Shown here piece after piece: positions 39,973-48,872 of a DNA stretch of 64,000 nucleotides. Under the pieces are notes generated by a model. It ran no database searches and was not told the DNA's origin. It was given only the letters and a program-made list of their open reading frames with translations. Both the position numbers and the translations under genes were made by a program. Origin of the DNA: an uncultured Spirochaetota bacterium (GTDB lineage Bacteria; Spirochaetota; Spirochaetia; SZUA-6; Fen-1364); NCBI GenBank assembly GCA_963845535.1, contig CAWJSK010000012.1, positions 480,001 through 544,000 on the forward strand, written 5' to 3'. Every line of letters begins with the position of its first letter. Within the stretch, counting starts at the first letter, position 1.

Positions 39973-40911
39973 ATGAGCAGCGCGCCCCTGAACCGCGAGC
40001 AGTTCGACCCGGGGATCACCCAGAGCTACACCGGCGAGCTTCGCAGGATCATCAATCGCGACGGCTCCTTCAACGTCCGAAGGAAAGGCAGGAGCCTGAA
40101 AGACCTGCACGTTTACCAGCTCCTGTTGTCCCTGTCCTGGCCTGCGTTCATGGGCCTCGTGCTCGCGCTTTTCATCGTCGTGAACGCGGCCTTCGCGGGC
40201 CTGTACATGGCCGCGGGGCTGGAGAACCTCGCCGGCGCGCAGGCGCCAACGCGTGTCGAGTCGATGCTGAACGCTTTTTTCTTCAGCGTTCAGACGCTGA
40301 CCACCGTGGGCTACGGGACGATCTCACCGCGGGGGATTGCCACCAACGCAATTGCAAGCGTGGAGGCAATGCTGGGAGTCATGGGGTTCGCGTTTGCCGC
40401 GGGCCTTCTCTATGGCCGATTCTCCCGGCCGTCCGCCAGGATCCTCTTCAGCAGCAAGGCCATCGTTGCTCCGTTCCGTGACGGCATAAGCCTGCAGTTT
40501 CGGATTGCCAACAGGCGCTCCAACGCCATCGTCAACCTCGAGTGCACCGTTCTCCTGATGACGGTCGAATGGGAAGGCGGCCAGCAGAAGCGCAAGTACA
40601 CCGGCCTGGAGCTGGAGCGGGACACGGTCTACTTCCTGCCGCTGACGTGGACCATCGTCCATCCCATCAATGATTCCAGTCCTCTCTACGGGCTCACCCG
40701 GGAGATGCTTGCTGAGCGGTCCGCGGAGCTTCTGGTTCTCATCACGGGCTTTGACGATTCCTTCAACCAGGTCGTGAACGCCCGCACGTCGTTCCGTTGG
40801 GATGAGATCGTCTGGGGAGCGCGCTTCGCTTCCGCCTTCCACGCGGATGATCGGGGGGAGCTGGTCCTTGACCTCGACAAGATCGATGCCATAATGCCGG
40901 CCGGGCTGTGA
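39973..40911 (+). CDS. Inward-rectifier K+ channel (KirBac)
   Basis: FFFSVQTLTTVGYG selectivity filter, RFSRP.ARILFS, LQFRIANRR, WTIVHPINDSSPL. Confidence 0.92.
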   Translation: MSSAPLNREQFDPGITQSYTGELRRIINRDGSFNVRRKGRSLKDLHVYQLLLSLSWPAFMGLVLALFIVVNAAFAGLYMAAGLENLAGAQAPTRVESMLNAFFFSVQTLTTVGYGTISPRGIATNAIASVEAMLGVMGFAFAAGLLYGRFSRPSARILFSSKAIVAPFRDGISLQFRIANRRSNAIVNLECTVLLMTVEWEGGQQKRKYTGLELERDTVYFLPLTWTIVHPINDSSPLYGLTREMLAERSAELLVLITGFDDSFNQVVNARTSFRWDEIVWGARFASAFHADDRGELVLDLDKIDAIMPAGL

Positions 40912-40968
40912 CCTACCTGCGGCGCATGCCGCCTGACACAGAGCGGACGATGCGCCAAGGAGCGACCA

Positions 40969-41235
40969 ATGACGACCGACAAGATCCAGTTCACAAAAGA
41001 AAAAGAAACGATGCTCATGACCTTGAGCAGTCGAGCCATCCAGAGTCAGTGGAAGAATCCCATCTTGCGCGACCCGTGGGCCGAAGAGCCGAAGCTTGAA
41101 CTGATCAAGGAATACAGAACAAGCGAACTGGTGGCGTTTTCCCGATTCCCGTTATTGGCGCGGGTCCTTTTCCGCGCGCAGGAGGTCAACCCCACCCTGC
41201 GCAGGATGGAACGCACGATAGTCTACCGATACTAG
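40969..41235 (+). pseudogene. Internally deleted LCM/TcmP-type SAM-dependent methyltransferase remnant
   Basis: N-terminus EKETMLMTL..RA......PILRDPWAEE joined directly to a C-terminus-like ...RTIVYRY; SAM core absent; AAGGAG RBS retained. Confidence 0.65.
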
Positions 41236-42263
41236 GGCACTATGACGGTCCGAAGACCACCCTCGTACTTCTCCAGCGCGTCCAGCGCGGCATTGATGGC
41301 GCCAGGCTCCAGCGGAATTGTCCGCGTCACGACGCGGGACGTGTCAAGGACGCCTTTGCGAGCCATCTCCAGCAGCTGCGGCAGCTCCTGCAGGAGATGA
41401 TCATTTGAACCGATCAGCTCGGCTTCATTGCCAAGGAGCTCACGATAGGAATCCACGGACAACGGCTCTTTGCCAATCCCGACAATGACAGCCCGGCCCA
41501 TGGGGCCGAGGCACCTCAACGCTTGCTGCATGGTGGAAGCGCGGCCAATCACCTCCAGCGCCACGTCAGCTCCCCTGCCCGCGGTGAGGCGCTTGATCTC
41601 CTCCACGGGGTCCGTCTGAGTTGCGTTGATGGGAATGGCGCCGTAGCGCGCCGCCAGCTCCAGCTTTTCAGGGCGCCGGTCAACCGCAAAGACTTCCAGC
41701 GCGCCGAACGCCCTGGCCAGCTGGACGGCTGACAGCCCCAGACCGCCAATGCCGAACACCGCTGCCCTCTCCCCGGCCCGCAGCCTTGCCTTTCGAAGCG
41801 CATGCAATGAGGTTGCCGACGCGCACATCAGAGTGGCGCCTTGCTCGAAAGGGATTTCCGCCGGCAAGGGCAGCGCATTGCGGGCGGGAACCGCCACGTA
41901 TTCTGCGTAGCCTCCGTCTGTGAAGTGGCCAAGCATGAGCCCCGTGGGGCAGAACTGCTCATTCCCCGTGCTGCAAAAATAGCAGTCCCCGCAGGTGATG
42001 TTGTAGTGCAGCACCACGCGGTCTCCCGGCTTCACGCCGGTGGTCACCCCGGCTCCCGCCTTCTCCACCACGCCTGCCACTTCGTGTCCCAGCGTCATGG
42101 GAAGGGGACGCACGGGGGAGGTCCCCGCGCGGTAGTGGACGTCCGAGTGGCAGATGCCCGCGGCCTTCACTCTCACCAGGACGTCCTTTTCCCCGATCTG
42201 CGGGACGGGAACGTCGAACGCCTCAAGGGGCTTGCCAACCGCCACCATCCGTACTGCTTTCAC
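41232..42263 (-). CDS. Zn-dependent alcohol dehydrogenase (MDR family)
   Basis: GICHSD, GHEVAG, CGDCYFC...C, GIGGLG. Confidence 0.93.
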   Translation of the reverse strand: MKAVRMVAVGKPLEAFDVPVPQIGEKDVLVRVKAAGICHSDVHYRAGTSPVRPLPMTLGHEVAGVVEKAGAGVTTGVKPGDRVVLHYNITCGDCYFCSTGNEQFCPTGLMLGHFTDGGYAEYVAVPARNALPLPAEIPFEQGATLMCASATSLHALRKARLRAGERAAVFGIGGLGLSAVQLARAFGALEVFAVDRRPEKLELAARYGAIPINATQTDPVEEIKRLTAGRGADVALEVIGRASTMQQALRCLGPMGRAVIVGIGKEPLSVDSYRELLGNEAELIGSNDHLLQELPQLLEMARKGVLDTSRVVTRTIPLEPGAINAALDALEKYEGGLRTVIVP

Positions 42264-42411
42264 GACGTTACCATAGGTCGGGGATGCTGGGCGGTCAAGC
42301 TGACGCGTCATGACGCGTCATGAAATATCGGAATGTCAATCCGAGATTTCATATCCCCTCACTGTTTGCTCAGGCCGTGTGTTCGCCACTACATTTGACG
42401 GGGAGGCAAAA

Positions 42412-43143
42412 GTGGACGGCAGTGTTCTCATCATCGATGATGACCGCGAGATTTCCGACGTGGTCGCCATGAACTTGCGCGACCTGGGTTTCAAGACCGA
42501 ACGCGCCCATGACGGAAAGGCCGGCCTTCAGAAGGCGCTGGCCGGCGCGCATTCGCTGATCATCCTGGACTTGATGCTCCCGCAGCTGGACGGGATTTCC
42601 GTATGCCGGCGCATCCGGGAGAGAAACCCGTACACCCCCATCCTCATGCTGACGGCCAGATCCGAGGAGATGGACAGGGTCCTCGGGTTGGAGCTCGGAG
42701 CGGATGAATACATCACGAAGCCTTTCAGCGTGCGGGAGCTGATGGCGCGGGTGAAGGCGCTCCTGCGCCGCGTGGAAACCGACCGGGAGGCTGCGTCGGG
42801 CAAGGCGGCCGGGGGGCAGGCCGGCGGGCAGGTCCGCGTAGGTGAGATCACAATCGATTTCGAGAAGCGCAAGGTGACGCTGGCGGAAAGGACGGTGGAG
42901 CTGACGGTGAAGGAGTTCGACCTCCTCGCCCTTTTTGCCCGAAACCCCGGAAGGACCTACAGCAGGACCGACCTTCTCAACCTCGTATGGGGCTACCAAT
43001 ACGACGGGTACGATCACACCGTCAATTCGCACATCAATCGCCTGCGAAGCAAGATCGAGGAAGACCCCGGCCAGCCGCGCTACCTGAAAACGGTCTGGGG
43101 TATAGGCTACCGGTTCGCCGAGCCGGCGGAGCTGTCCCGGTGA
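42412..43143 (+). CDS. OmpR/PhoB family response regulator
   Basis: IIDDD, ILDLMLP, LTAR, KPF, LTVKEFDLL, TVNSHINRLRSK, TVWGIGY. Confidence 0.95.
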   Translation: MDGSVLIIDDDREISDVVAMNLRDLGFKTERAHDGKAGLQKALAGAHSLIILDLMLPQLDGISVCRRIRERNPYTPILMLTARSEEMDRVLGLELGADEYITKPFSVRELMARVKALLRRVETDREAASGKAAGGQAGGQVRVGEITIDFEKRKVTLAERTVELTVKEFDLLALFARNPGRTYSRTDLLNLVWGYQYDGYDHTVNSHINRLRSKIEEDPGQPRYLKTVWGIGYRFAEPAELSR

Positions 43144-44609
43144 GGCAGCTCTTCCGGTCTTTCTATGCGCGCATCTCGACGATCTTCCTCCTCCTGATCG
43201 TCGTGCTGGGCGTGGGGTGGGTCGCCATTGCCTTCAACTCCGCGCGCCGGCTTTTCAGCGAGGTGGAGCAGGTCCTGAACAGGGAATACGCGCGCAGCAT
43301 TTCCGCGGAGATACAGCCCCTGGTGGCGGGCGGCTTCGATGAGAGCCGCGTACGGGGGGCCATCCACTACATGATGGTGCTGAACCCCATGGTGGAGATC
43401 TACCTTCTGGATGCCAACGGGAAAATCCTTGCCTATTTCACGGGGCCCTCCCACACGGTGGAGAGAAACAGGGTGGACATGGGGCCGGTACGGACGTTCG
43501 TGCAATCAGGCGGGAACCGATTGATCCTCGGCGATGACCCGCGGAACGCGGGTCGGGAAAAACCGTTCTCCGCTGCGCCGCTCTCCATGGGAGACGCGCG
43601 GGGATATGTGTATATCATCCTCGGAGGGGAGCAGTACGACTCCACCCTGAGGATGATCCGCCAGAGCTACATCCTGCGGGCGGGGATGGTGGCGCTGCTC
43701 CTTGCCCTGGTGTGCACGCTCATCGTGGGGCTTTCCCTGTTCTTCCTCCTCACCAGGCCGCTGCGAACCTTGAGCGAGGCGGTGAGGGCATTCGAGCGGG
43801 GAGAGCGTGGCCGGCGCGTCGACCTCCGCGGCAGGGACGATCTGGCCGGACTGGGCCGGTCCTTCAATGAGATGGCCGCAACGATCGAGGCGGACATGGA
43901 AAAGCTGCGGGAAGCGGAGCGCATGCGCAAGGAGCTGACCGCCAACATTTCGCATGACCTTCGCAGCCCGCTTGCCTCCATCCGCGGATACCTGGAGACC
44001 ATACTCCTCAAGGATGCCCAGCTCACCGCGGCTCAGCGGCAGAACTTCATCGAGATAAGCCTCAAGAACACGGCGAGCCTCCAGAGACTCGTGGAGGAGC
44101 TGTTCGAGCTGGTCAAGCTGGATACCCGGCAAGTGCAGCTCAAGCGGGAGCCATTCCAGGCGGCGGAGCTTGCCCAGGACGCCGTCGTGAAGCTCAAGCC
44201 GGGCGCGGACGGCGCCGGCGTTTCCCTGACGGTGGAAGCTCCCCAGGACCTTCCTCTGGTGCACGGGGACATCGGCCTCGTGGAGAGAGTGCTCACCAAC
44301 CTGATCGACAACGCACTTGCTTTCACGCCGGCCGGAGGATCCGTCCGCGTGGCCCTTTCCCGGGTGAGCGGATCCGTGGAGGTGAGCGTCATCGACACGG
44401 GGACAGGGATCCGGCCCGAGGACCTTCCCCACATCTTCGACAGATTCTACAGGGCGGACAGGAGCAGGGACCGCTCCCGCGAAGGAGCGGGGCTGGGGCT
44501 TGCCATTGCGCGGGAGATCGTGGAGATGCACGGCAGCGCGCTCCAAGTGGAGAGCAGGGTCAACGGCGGAACCCGGTTCTCCTTTGCCTTGGCCGCTGAC
44601 AAAAGGTGA
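43140..44609 (+). CDS. Sensor histidine kinase (2 TM, HAMP)
   Basis: SHDLRSPL, NLIDNA, DTGTGI, IFDRFYR, GAGLGL; GTGA overlap. Confidence 0.95.
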   Translation: MRQLFRSFYARISTIFLLLIVVLGVGWVAIAFNSARRLFSEVEQVLNREYARSISAEIQPLVAGGFDESRVRGAIHYMMVLNPMVEIYLLDANGKILAYFTGPSHTVERNRVDMGPVRTFVQSGGNRLILGDDPRNAGREKPFSAAPLSMGDARGYVYIILGGEQYDSTLRMIRQSYILRAGMVALLLALVCTLIVGLSLFFLLTRPLRTLSEAVRAFERGERGRRVDLRGRDDLAGLGRSFNEMAATIEADMEKLREAERMRKELTANISHDLRSPLASIRGYLETILLKDAQLTAAQRQNFIEISLKNTASLQRLVEELFELVKLDTRQVQLKREPFQAAELAQDAVVKLKPGADGAGVSLTVEAPQDLPLVHGDIGLVERVLTNLIDNALAFTPAGGSVRVALSRVSGSVEVSVIDTGTGIRPEDLPHIFDRFYRADRSRDRSREGAGLGLAIAREIVEMHGSALQVESRVNGGTRFSFALAADKR

Positions 44610-44658
44610 GGCTGTCGGCGGAGGCCGCTGGCAGAAGTTGACGCCCCGGCTCAGCGGG

Positions 44659-45867
44659 TCAGGAAATCTCGGCAACCAACACGGTGATGTCGTCCGGCTG
44701 TGGCGTCGGGCCGGTGAACTCCTTGATCTCCTTGTCCAGCTCGGCAAGAAAGGCGTCCACGGGCTTCCTGCACCTGGGGTAGAGGAACTTCCTGAGGTTC
44801 TCTTCCCCGTACCGTTCACCCCGTTCATTGCAGGCATCGATAAGGCCATCCGAGTGGATGAACACCCGGAAGTCCTTGCTCACGGGGAACGCGTAACTTT
44901 TCACGTCGGTGAACGCCTTGATGCCGAGGGGCATGAGGTTGGGGCTGATGATCTTGCCTTTCGTCTTGCCGCTCTCTGCGTCAGTGAAGAAAACGTACAG
45001 GGGTGAGTACCCGCAATTGAAGAACCTGACCTCGCGCTTCGGGCGATCCACAAAAACGAAAGCGGCTGCAACGAAGATCTCCTCAGGGGTCTGGTCCAGG
45101 ATGACGCCGTTCAGGAGAGAAACGATGGAGTCAGGCCCGTGGGAACCCAGAGAGCCGCTCACCTTGAGCGTCGAGAAGAAGGAGCTGAGAGTGCTCGTGA
45201 GGAGGGCGGCCGCGGTGCCTTTGCCGCAGACGTCGAAGGAGGAAAGCATGGCGAGCCCGTCATTGATCTCCATGCACTGGAGATAGTCACCGCCGATTTC
45301 GTGAGCCATCCGGACGTACGTCTTCACGGCAACCCCGGGCCCGTTCGCCGAGGTCCGGCCAATGAGAAACTCCTGCATCTTCCTGGCCTGCGCAAGGTCG
45401 GTGTTGCGTATCTCCGCGATGTTTCGAGACAGATCGGCAAAGGTGCCGATTCCGAAGAACCTTCCCCGCTTGTAGATCATGAAGTCGTCATAGAGCTTCT
45501 CGGGACCCCGGGTCAGGATGAGCGCCATTGCCTTTTCGCAGTTTTCCGTCGAATCCACATAAAAGCCCGACTGGTCGAGGAACTTTTCCACGGGCGGGTT
45601 GGTGAGGGCGCTCTTCTTCTTGAGCAGGTCATGCTTATGGACGATGCCGGTAACTCCACGGTCCCCTTCAACGGGAAGGCAGTTGATGTCTCCCCGTGAC
45701 GAGAGGATTTCCAGGGCCTCTGAAAGACCGAGCTTGCCGTTGATGGGCTCCACGAACTTCGTGATATGCCCGATGTTGAGGATGGAGACGGAGTCTGAAA
45801 GGCTTTTCAGCCTGGCGGAGACAAAATCAGTGATCTCACCGCCATTCAGAATCTCAAGCGGTTCCAT
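44659..45867 (-). CDS. SpoIIE/PP2C phosphatase with N-terminal CBS-like region
   Basis: IGGDY, DVCGKGTAAA, NCGY, PLG, HSDGL, DDITV; N-terminal LSEALEIL...LPV...GIVHKHDL. Confidence 0.85.
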   Translation of the reverse strand: MEPLEILNGGEITDFVSARLKSLSDSVSILNIGHITKFVEPINGKLGLSEALEILSSRGDINCLPVEGDRGVTGIVHKHDLLKKKSALTNPPVEKFLDQSGFYVDSTENCEKAMALILTRGPEKLYDDFMIYKRGRFFGIGTFADLSRNIAEIRNTDLAQARKMQEFLIGRTSANGPGVAVKTYVRMAHEIGGDYLQCMEINDGLAMLSSFDVCGKGTAAALLTSTLSSFFSTLKVSGSLGSHGPDSIVSLLNGVILDQTPEEIFVAAAFVFVDRPKREVRFFNCGYSPLYVFFTDAESGKTKGKIISPNLMPLGIKAFTDVKSYAFPVSKDFRVFIHSDGLIDACNERGERYGEENLRKFLYPRCRKPVDAFLAELDKEIKEFTGPTPQPDDITVLVAEIS

Positions 45868-45938
45868 GCCGCCTCATTATACGCCATGGATCTCAGTTGT
45901 CACGTACTTTCTCAAGCCACCCCCGCCGCGGCCGCCCA

Positions 45939-46631
45939 TCACCCCAGCGCCAGCTCCACGGCCGCCAACGCGTGGATCCGCGTGGTGTCGAAGACCGGCA
46001 CGGCGCAATCCCCGTCCTTGATCAGGAGCGGAATCTCGGTGCATCCCAGGATGATCCCTTGCGCCCCCCGTGCAATGAGCCCATCGATTATCCGCACAAG
46101 CGCGGCCTTGGATTCCTGCCTCAGCTCTCCGGCCACGAGCTCGTCATAGATCACGCGGTGCACCCGTTCGCGATCCGCCGCCTCCGGCACATGGACCTCG
46201 AAGCCGTGCTTGCGCGCCAGTCGCCCGCGGTAGAAATCCTCTTCCATGGTAAAACGTGTGCCCAGGAGCCCGACTGTCTTCAGGCCGAACTTCTTCACGG
46301 ATTCAGCGGCGGCGTCGACAACGTGGAGAAGCGGGATGCCGATGCACGACTGCACCTCGTCCGCCATCTTGTGCATCGTGTTGGTGCAGATGACCACAAA
46401 GTCCGCGCCGCCCTTCTCCAGCCGCCGCGCCGCATCCACCATGCTTTGCGTCGCCTCTTTCCATTTCCCTTCCCGCTGCAGCTTCTCCACGTCGGCGAAG
46501 TCCACCGAGTACATGAGGCTCTGCGCGGAATGCAGCTTGCCGAGCCTGTTCCTGACTTCCTCATTGATGATCCGGTAGTATTCTCTGGATGATTCCCAGC
46601 TCATCCCGCCGATAAGGCCGATCGTTTTCAT
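45939..46631 (-). CDS. Aspartate/glutamate racemase family (YgeA/RacX-like)
   Basis: IGLIGGMSWESS, ICTNTMH, LGTRFTM, ILGCTE, FDTT. Confidence 0.93.
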   Translation of the reverse strand: MKTIGLIGGMSWESSREYYRIINEEVRNRLGKLHSAQSLMYSVDFADVEKLQREGKWKEATQSMVDAARRLEKGGADFVVICTNTMHKMADEVQSCIGIPLLHVVDAAAESVKKFGLKTVGLLGTRFTMEEDFYRGRLARKHGFEVHVPEAADRERVHRVIYDELVAGELRQESKAALVRIIDGLIARGAQGIILGCTEIPLLIKDGDCAVPVFDTTRIHALAAVELALG

Positions 46632-48517
46632 CTCTCCTCCTTGGGCTTCAGGCGAATCCAGTGCTCGGTCCGTTCCCTCCCAGGACAGTACTTCAAGAGC
46701 TGACTCTCTGGCGCGTGAGTGAATGTTCCGTCGGTCACGTCAACGGTAAAACCACAGGGATACTGCAGCCGCGGAACGAAGATTTCCGTTGGGTTGGTCA
46801 TGCTGGGGTCATGGCGGAAGGCAAGCTCGAAGGCCCGGCTTCTCATGTCGAAGCGCACGCGCAGAAGCTCACCGGCCGTGGCGCGCGGGTATGGCCGCAC
46901 AAGCGCGCGCAGCGCCCTGCCTCCGGAGCTCACGTCCACGGGGTTGTGCTGCTGATCACGACTGAAAATGGACAGATCCTCCCCGTTCCACTGGTCACCG
47001 CGCGCGTTCGTATTGTCCGCGCAGTAGTTCCAGATCGCGCAACTGAGCCGGTTCTCCTCGATCGCCTGAAAGCTCCTGTCCAGCGCTTTCTCATGGACGC
47101 TGAAATCCCCCGTCCGGTACGCCCGCCGTCCATCCAGATCGAACGGCGTCCCGAACTCCGCGAGCAGCACCGGGATCCCTCCGGCTCGTTCAGCGGCCGC
47201 GCGTGAGAGGCGGGCAAGCTGAGCCCGCAGGGAACGGCGAACCGCGGCTCGACCGAACACGGGTTTCATGCGGGCAGAGTCCACGGCCATCCAGGCAGAG
47301 TAGTGCTTCTTTGCAAGCACAAGATCGTCGTACCAGTGGGGCGCAAACACCGCGTTCCCCCCGTCCTCCGCGCGCCACCTCGGCGGCGTGCGGTTGGCCT
47401 CAGCCTCGATGAAGATCAGCGCTCGAGGGTCGACCCCCCGAATGGCAGCGGCAAACCGCCGCGCAAACGGACGGTAATAATCGTCAGCAAAGCTGACGCG
47501 CTTCCCGGCTGGCCCCTGCATGAAGTGATCCGGCCGCAGCAGGACAGGCTTCCCCGAGCCATCCACGTCCCAGACACCGTTCTGCCGCCATACACAGTCA
47601 CGCCCGGGAAGCCAGGCGCGCGCGCCTTGGGAGTTCACCATCCGTGTGCCGACGCCCTTGATGCGCGCAAATCCCATGCGGCGAACCTCCACTTCCTGTG
47701 AGACGCCCGCGCCCAGGAGCATTCCCTGAAAAGCGGTGGGACAATCCCCCAGCGTGACAATCCCCCCGGCGGCGTTGAGGTCCTTCCATCCGATGTAGCC
47801 GGGAAGCGGCTCGTTCATGGTGTCATACCCCACGACGTTGGGAAGGTCCTTCAAACGCTCCGCCACCGCGCACATCGCCGCGATGAAGTGTTGCTGGAGG
47901 TGCTCCTGGATGGGTAAGCCATCCACGAACGTCCGCGGGGCAAAATCGTTGCCTCCGAAGAAAAGCGTGAACATCGTCGCTGCGGCAAGCTTTCCGCTGT
48001 TTGTCGGCCAGATCATTGGCGGGAGAGGGTCGCCGATGGCCTGGTGCGTGATCGCAGCCCCGGTCTCGTCCAGACGGGCAAGGTCGAACCCGGCAGCCTC
48101 CAGCGTCCAGCCGGGCGCGCCGTCGCCTCCGCACCACCGGCTCCACACGTCCTGGTGCGGATCGATGAGGACTGACATGCCATGCTCGTTCGCCTTGCCG
48201 ACCACGGAGCGGAGGTAATCGAGGTACTGCTGGTCATGGATACCCGGACCGTCGTGCTCCACGGCCTCCCAGGTCACAACGAAGCGGAGAAAAGTCATGC
48301 CCCATTCGCGAAGGCGCGCAAAATGCTCATCCGCCTCTGCCAGGGGAAAAGGCCTGCCGACGAAGGAAACGCGCCGGTGATCGAGGAACCCTTCACGGAC
48401 GTGTGTGGCGCCGTCCGGCACGCGCGGGACCTTGCTCGACCCGGCAAGGTTCGCGCCGCGGAGCATGAGCGTGCGGCCGTGCTCATCCACAAACCGTGGC
48501 CCCGACACTTTGATCAC
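46628..48517 (-). CDS. GH5 endoglycoceramidase/steryl-glucosidase-like glycoside hydrolase
   Basis: GRTLMLRGANL, TWEAVEH, DPHQDVWSR, GDGAPGW, TMNEP (acid/base), AEFG (nucleophile), WNY, WNGEDLS, RPYP; no signal peptide. Confidence 0.85.
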   Translation of the reverse strand: MIKVSGPRFVDEHGRTLMLRGANLAGSSKVPRVPDGATHVREGFLDHRRVSFVGRPFPLAEADEHFARLREWGMTFLRFVVTWEAVEHDGPGIHDQQYLDYLRSVVGKANEHGMSVLIDPHQDVWSRWCGGDGAPGWTLEAAGFDLARLDETGAAITHQAIGDPLPPMIWPTNSGKLAAATMFTLFFGGNDFAPRTFVDGLPIQEHLQQHFIAAMCAVAERLKDLPNVVGYDTMNEPLPGYIGWKDLNAAGGIVTLGDCPTAFQGMLLGAGVSQEVEVRRMGFARIKGVGTRMVNSQGARAWLPGRDCVWRQNGVWDVDGSGKPVLLRPDHFMQGPAGKRVSFADDYYRPFARRFAAAIRGVDPRALIFIEAEANRTPPRWRAEDGGNAVFAPHWYDDLVLAKKHYSAWMAVDSARMKPVFGRAAVRRSLRAQLARLSRAAAERAGGIPVLLAEFGTPFDLDGRRAYRTGDFSVHEKALDRSFQAIEENRLSCAIWNYCADNTNARGDQWNGEDLSIFSRDQQHNPVDVSSGGRALRALVRPYPRATAGELLRVRFDMRSRAFELAFRHDPSMTNPTEIFVPRLQYPCGFTVDVTDGTFTHAPESQLLKYCPGRERTEHWIRLKPKEER

Positions 48518-48561
48518 GCGCCAGATGATAACCGGCCTTGACCGTCGGGGACAATTGGCGT

Positions 48562-48772
48562 ATGAAGGACCCGCGCTGTTTGTTCCAGGGACAACGGAAT
48601 GCGGTGCAAATCCGCAGCGGTCCCGCCACTGTAATCGGGGATGAACGCAGCAGGAACGGTGACGTTCTGACAGTCATCACCTCGTCCAAGGAGAGGTGAG
48701 AAGGCGCTGCAAGTAAGAAGATCCGAGAGCCAGGAGACGATCCCGGGAACCCGAGAGCCTTCGAGGAAAGGG
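48562..48772 (+). ncRNA. Cobalamin (AdoCbl) riboswitch
   Basis: ACGGAATGCGGTGCAAATCCGCAGCGGTCCCGCCACTGTAA core, B12 box GAGCCAGGAGAC (~48727-48738), CCTTCGAGGAAAGG downstream; upstream of a TonB-dependent receptor. Ends approximate. Confidence 0.92.
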
Positions 48773-48872
48773 TTGCATGGCGTGCACTATCGTTTGACAT
48801 TTCTCAACAACACCTTTCGTGTCCTGTCAGGACTCACGGAGAAGGTCCGGAGAGAACGGCCCAGGAGTCCGT

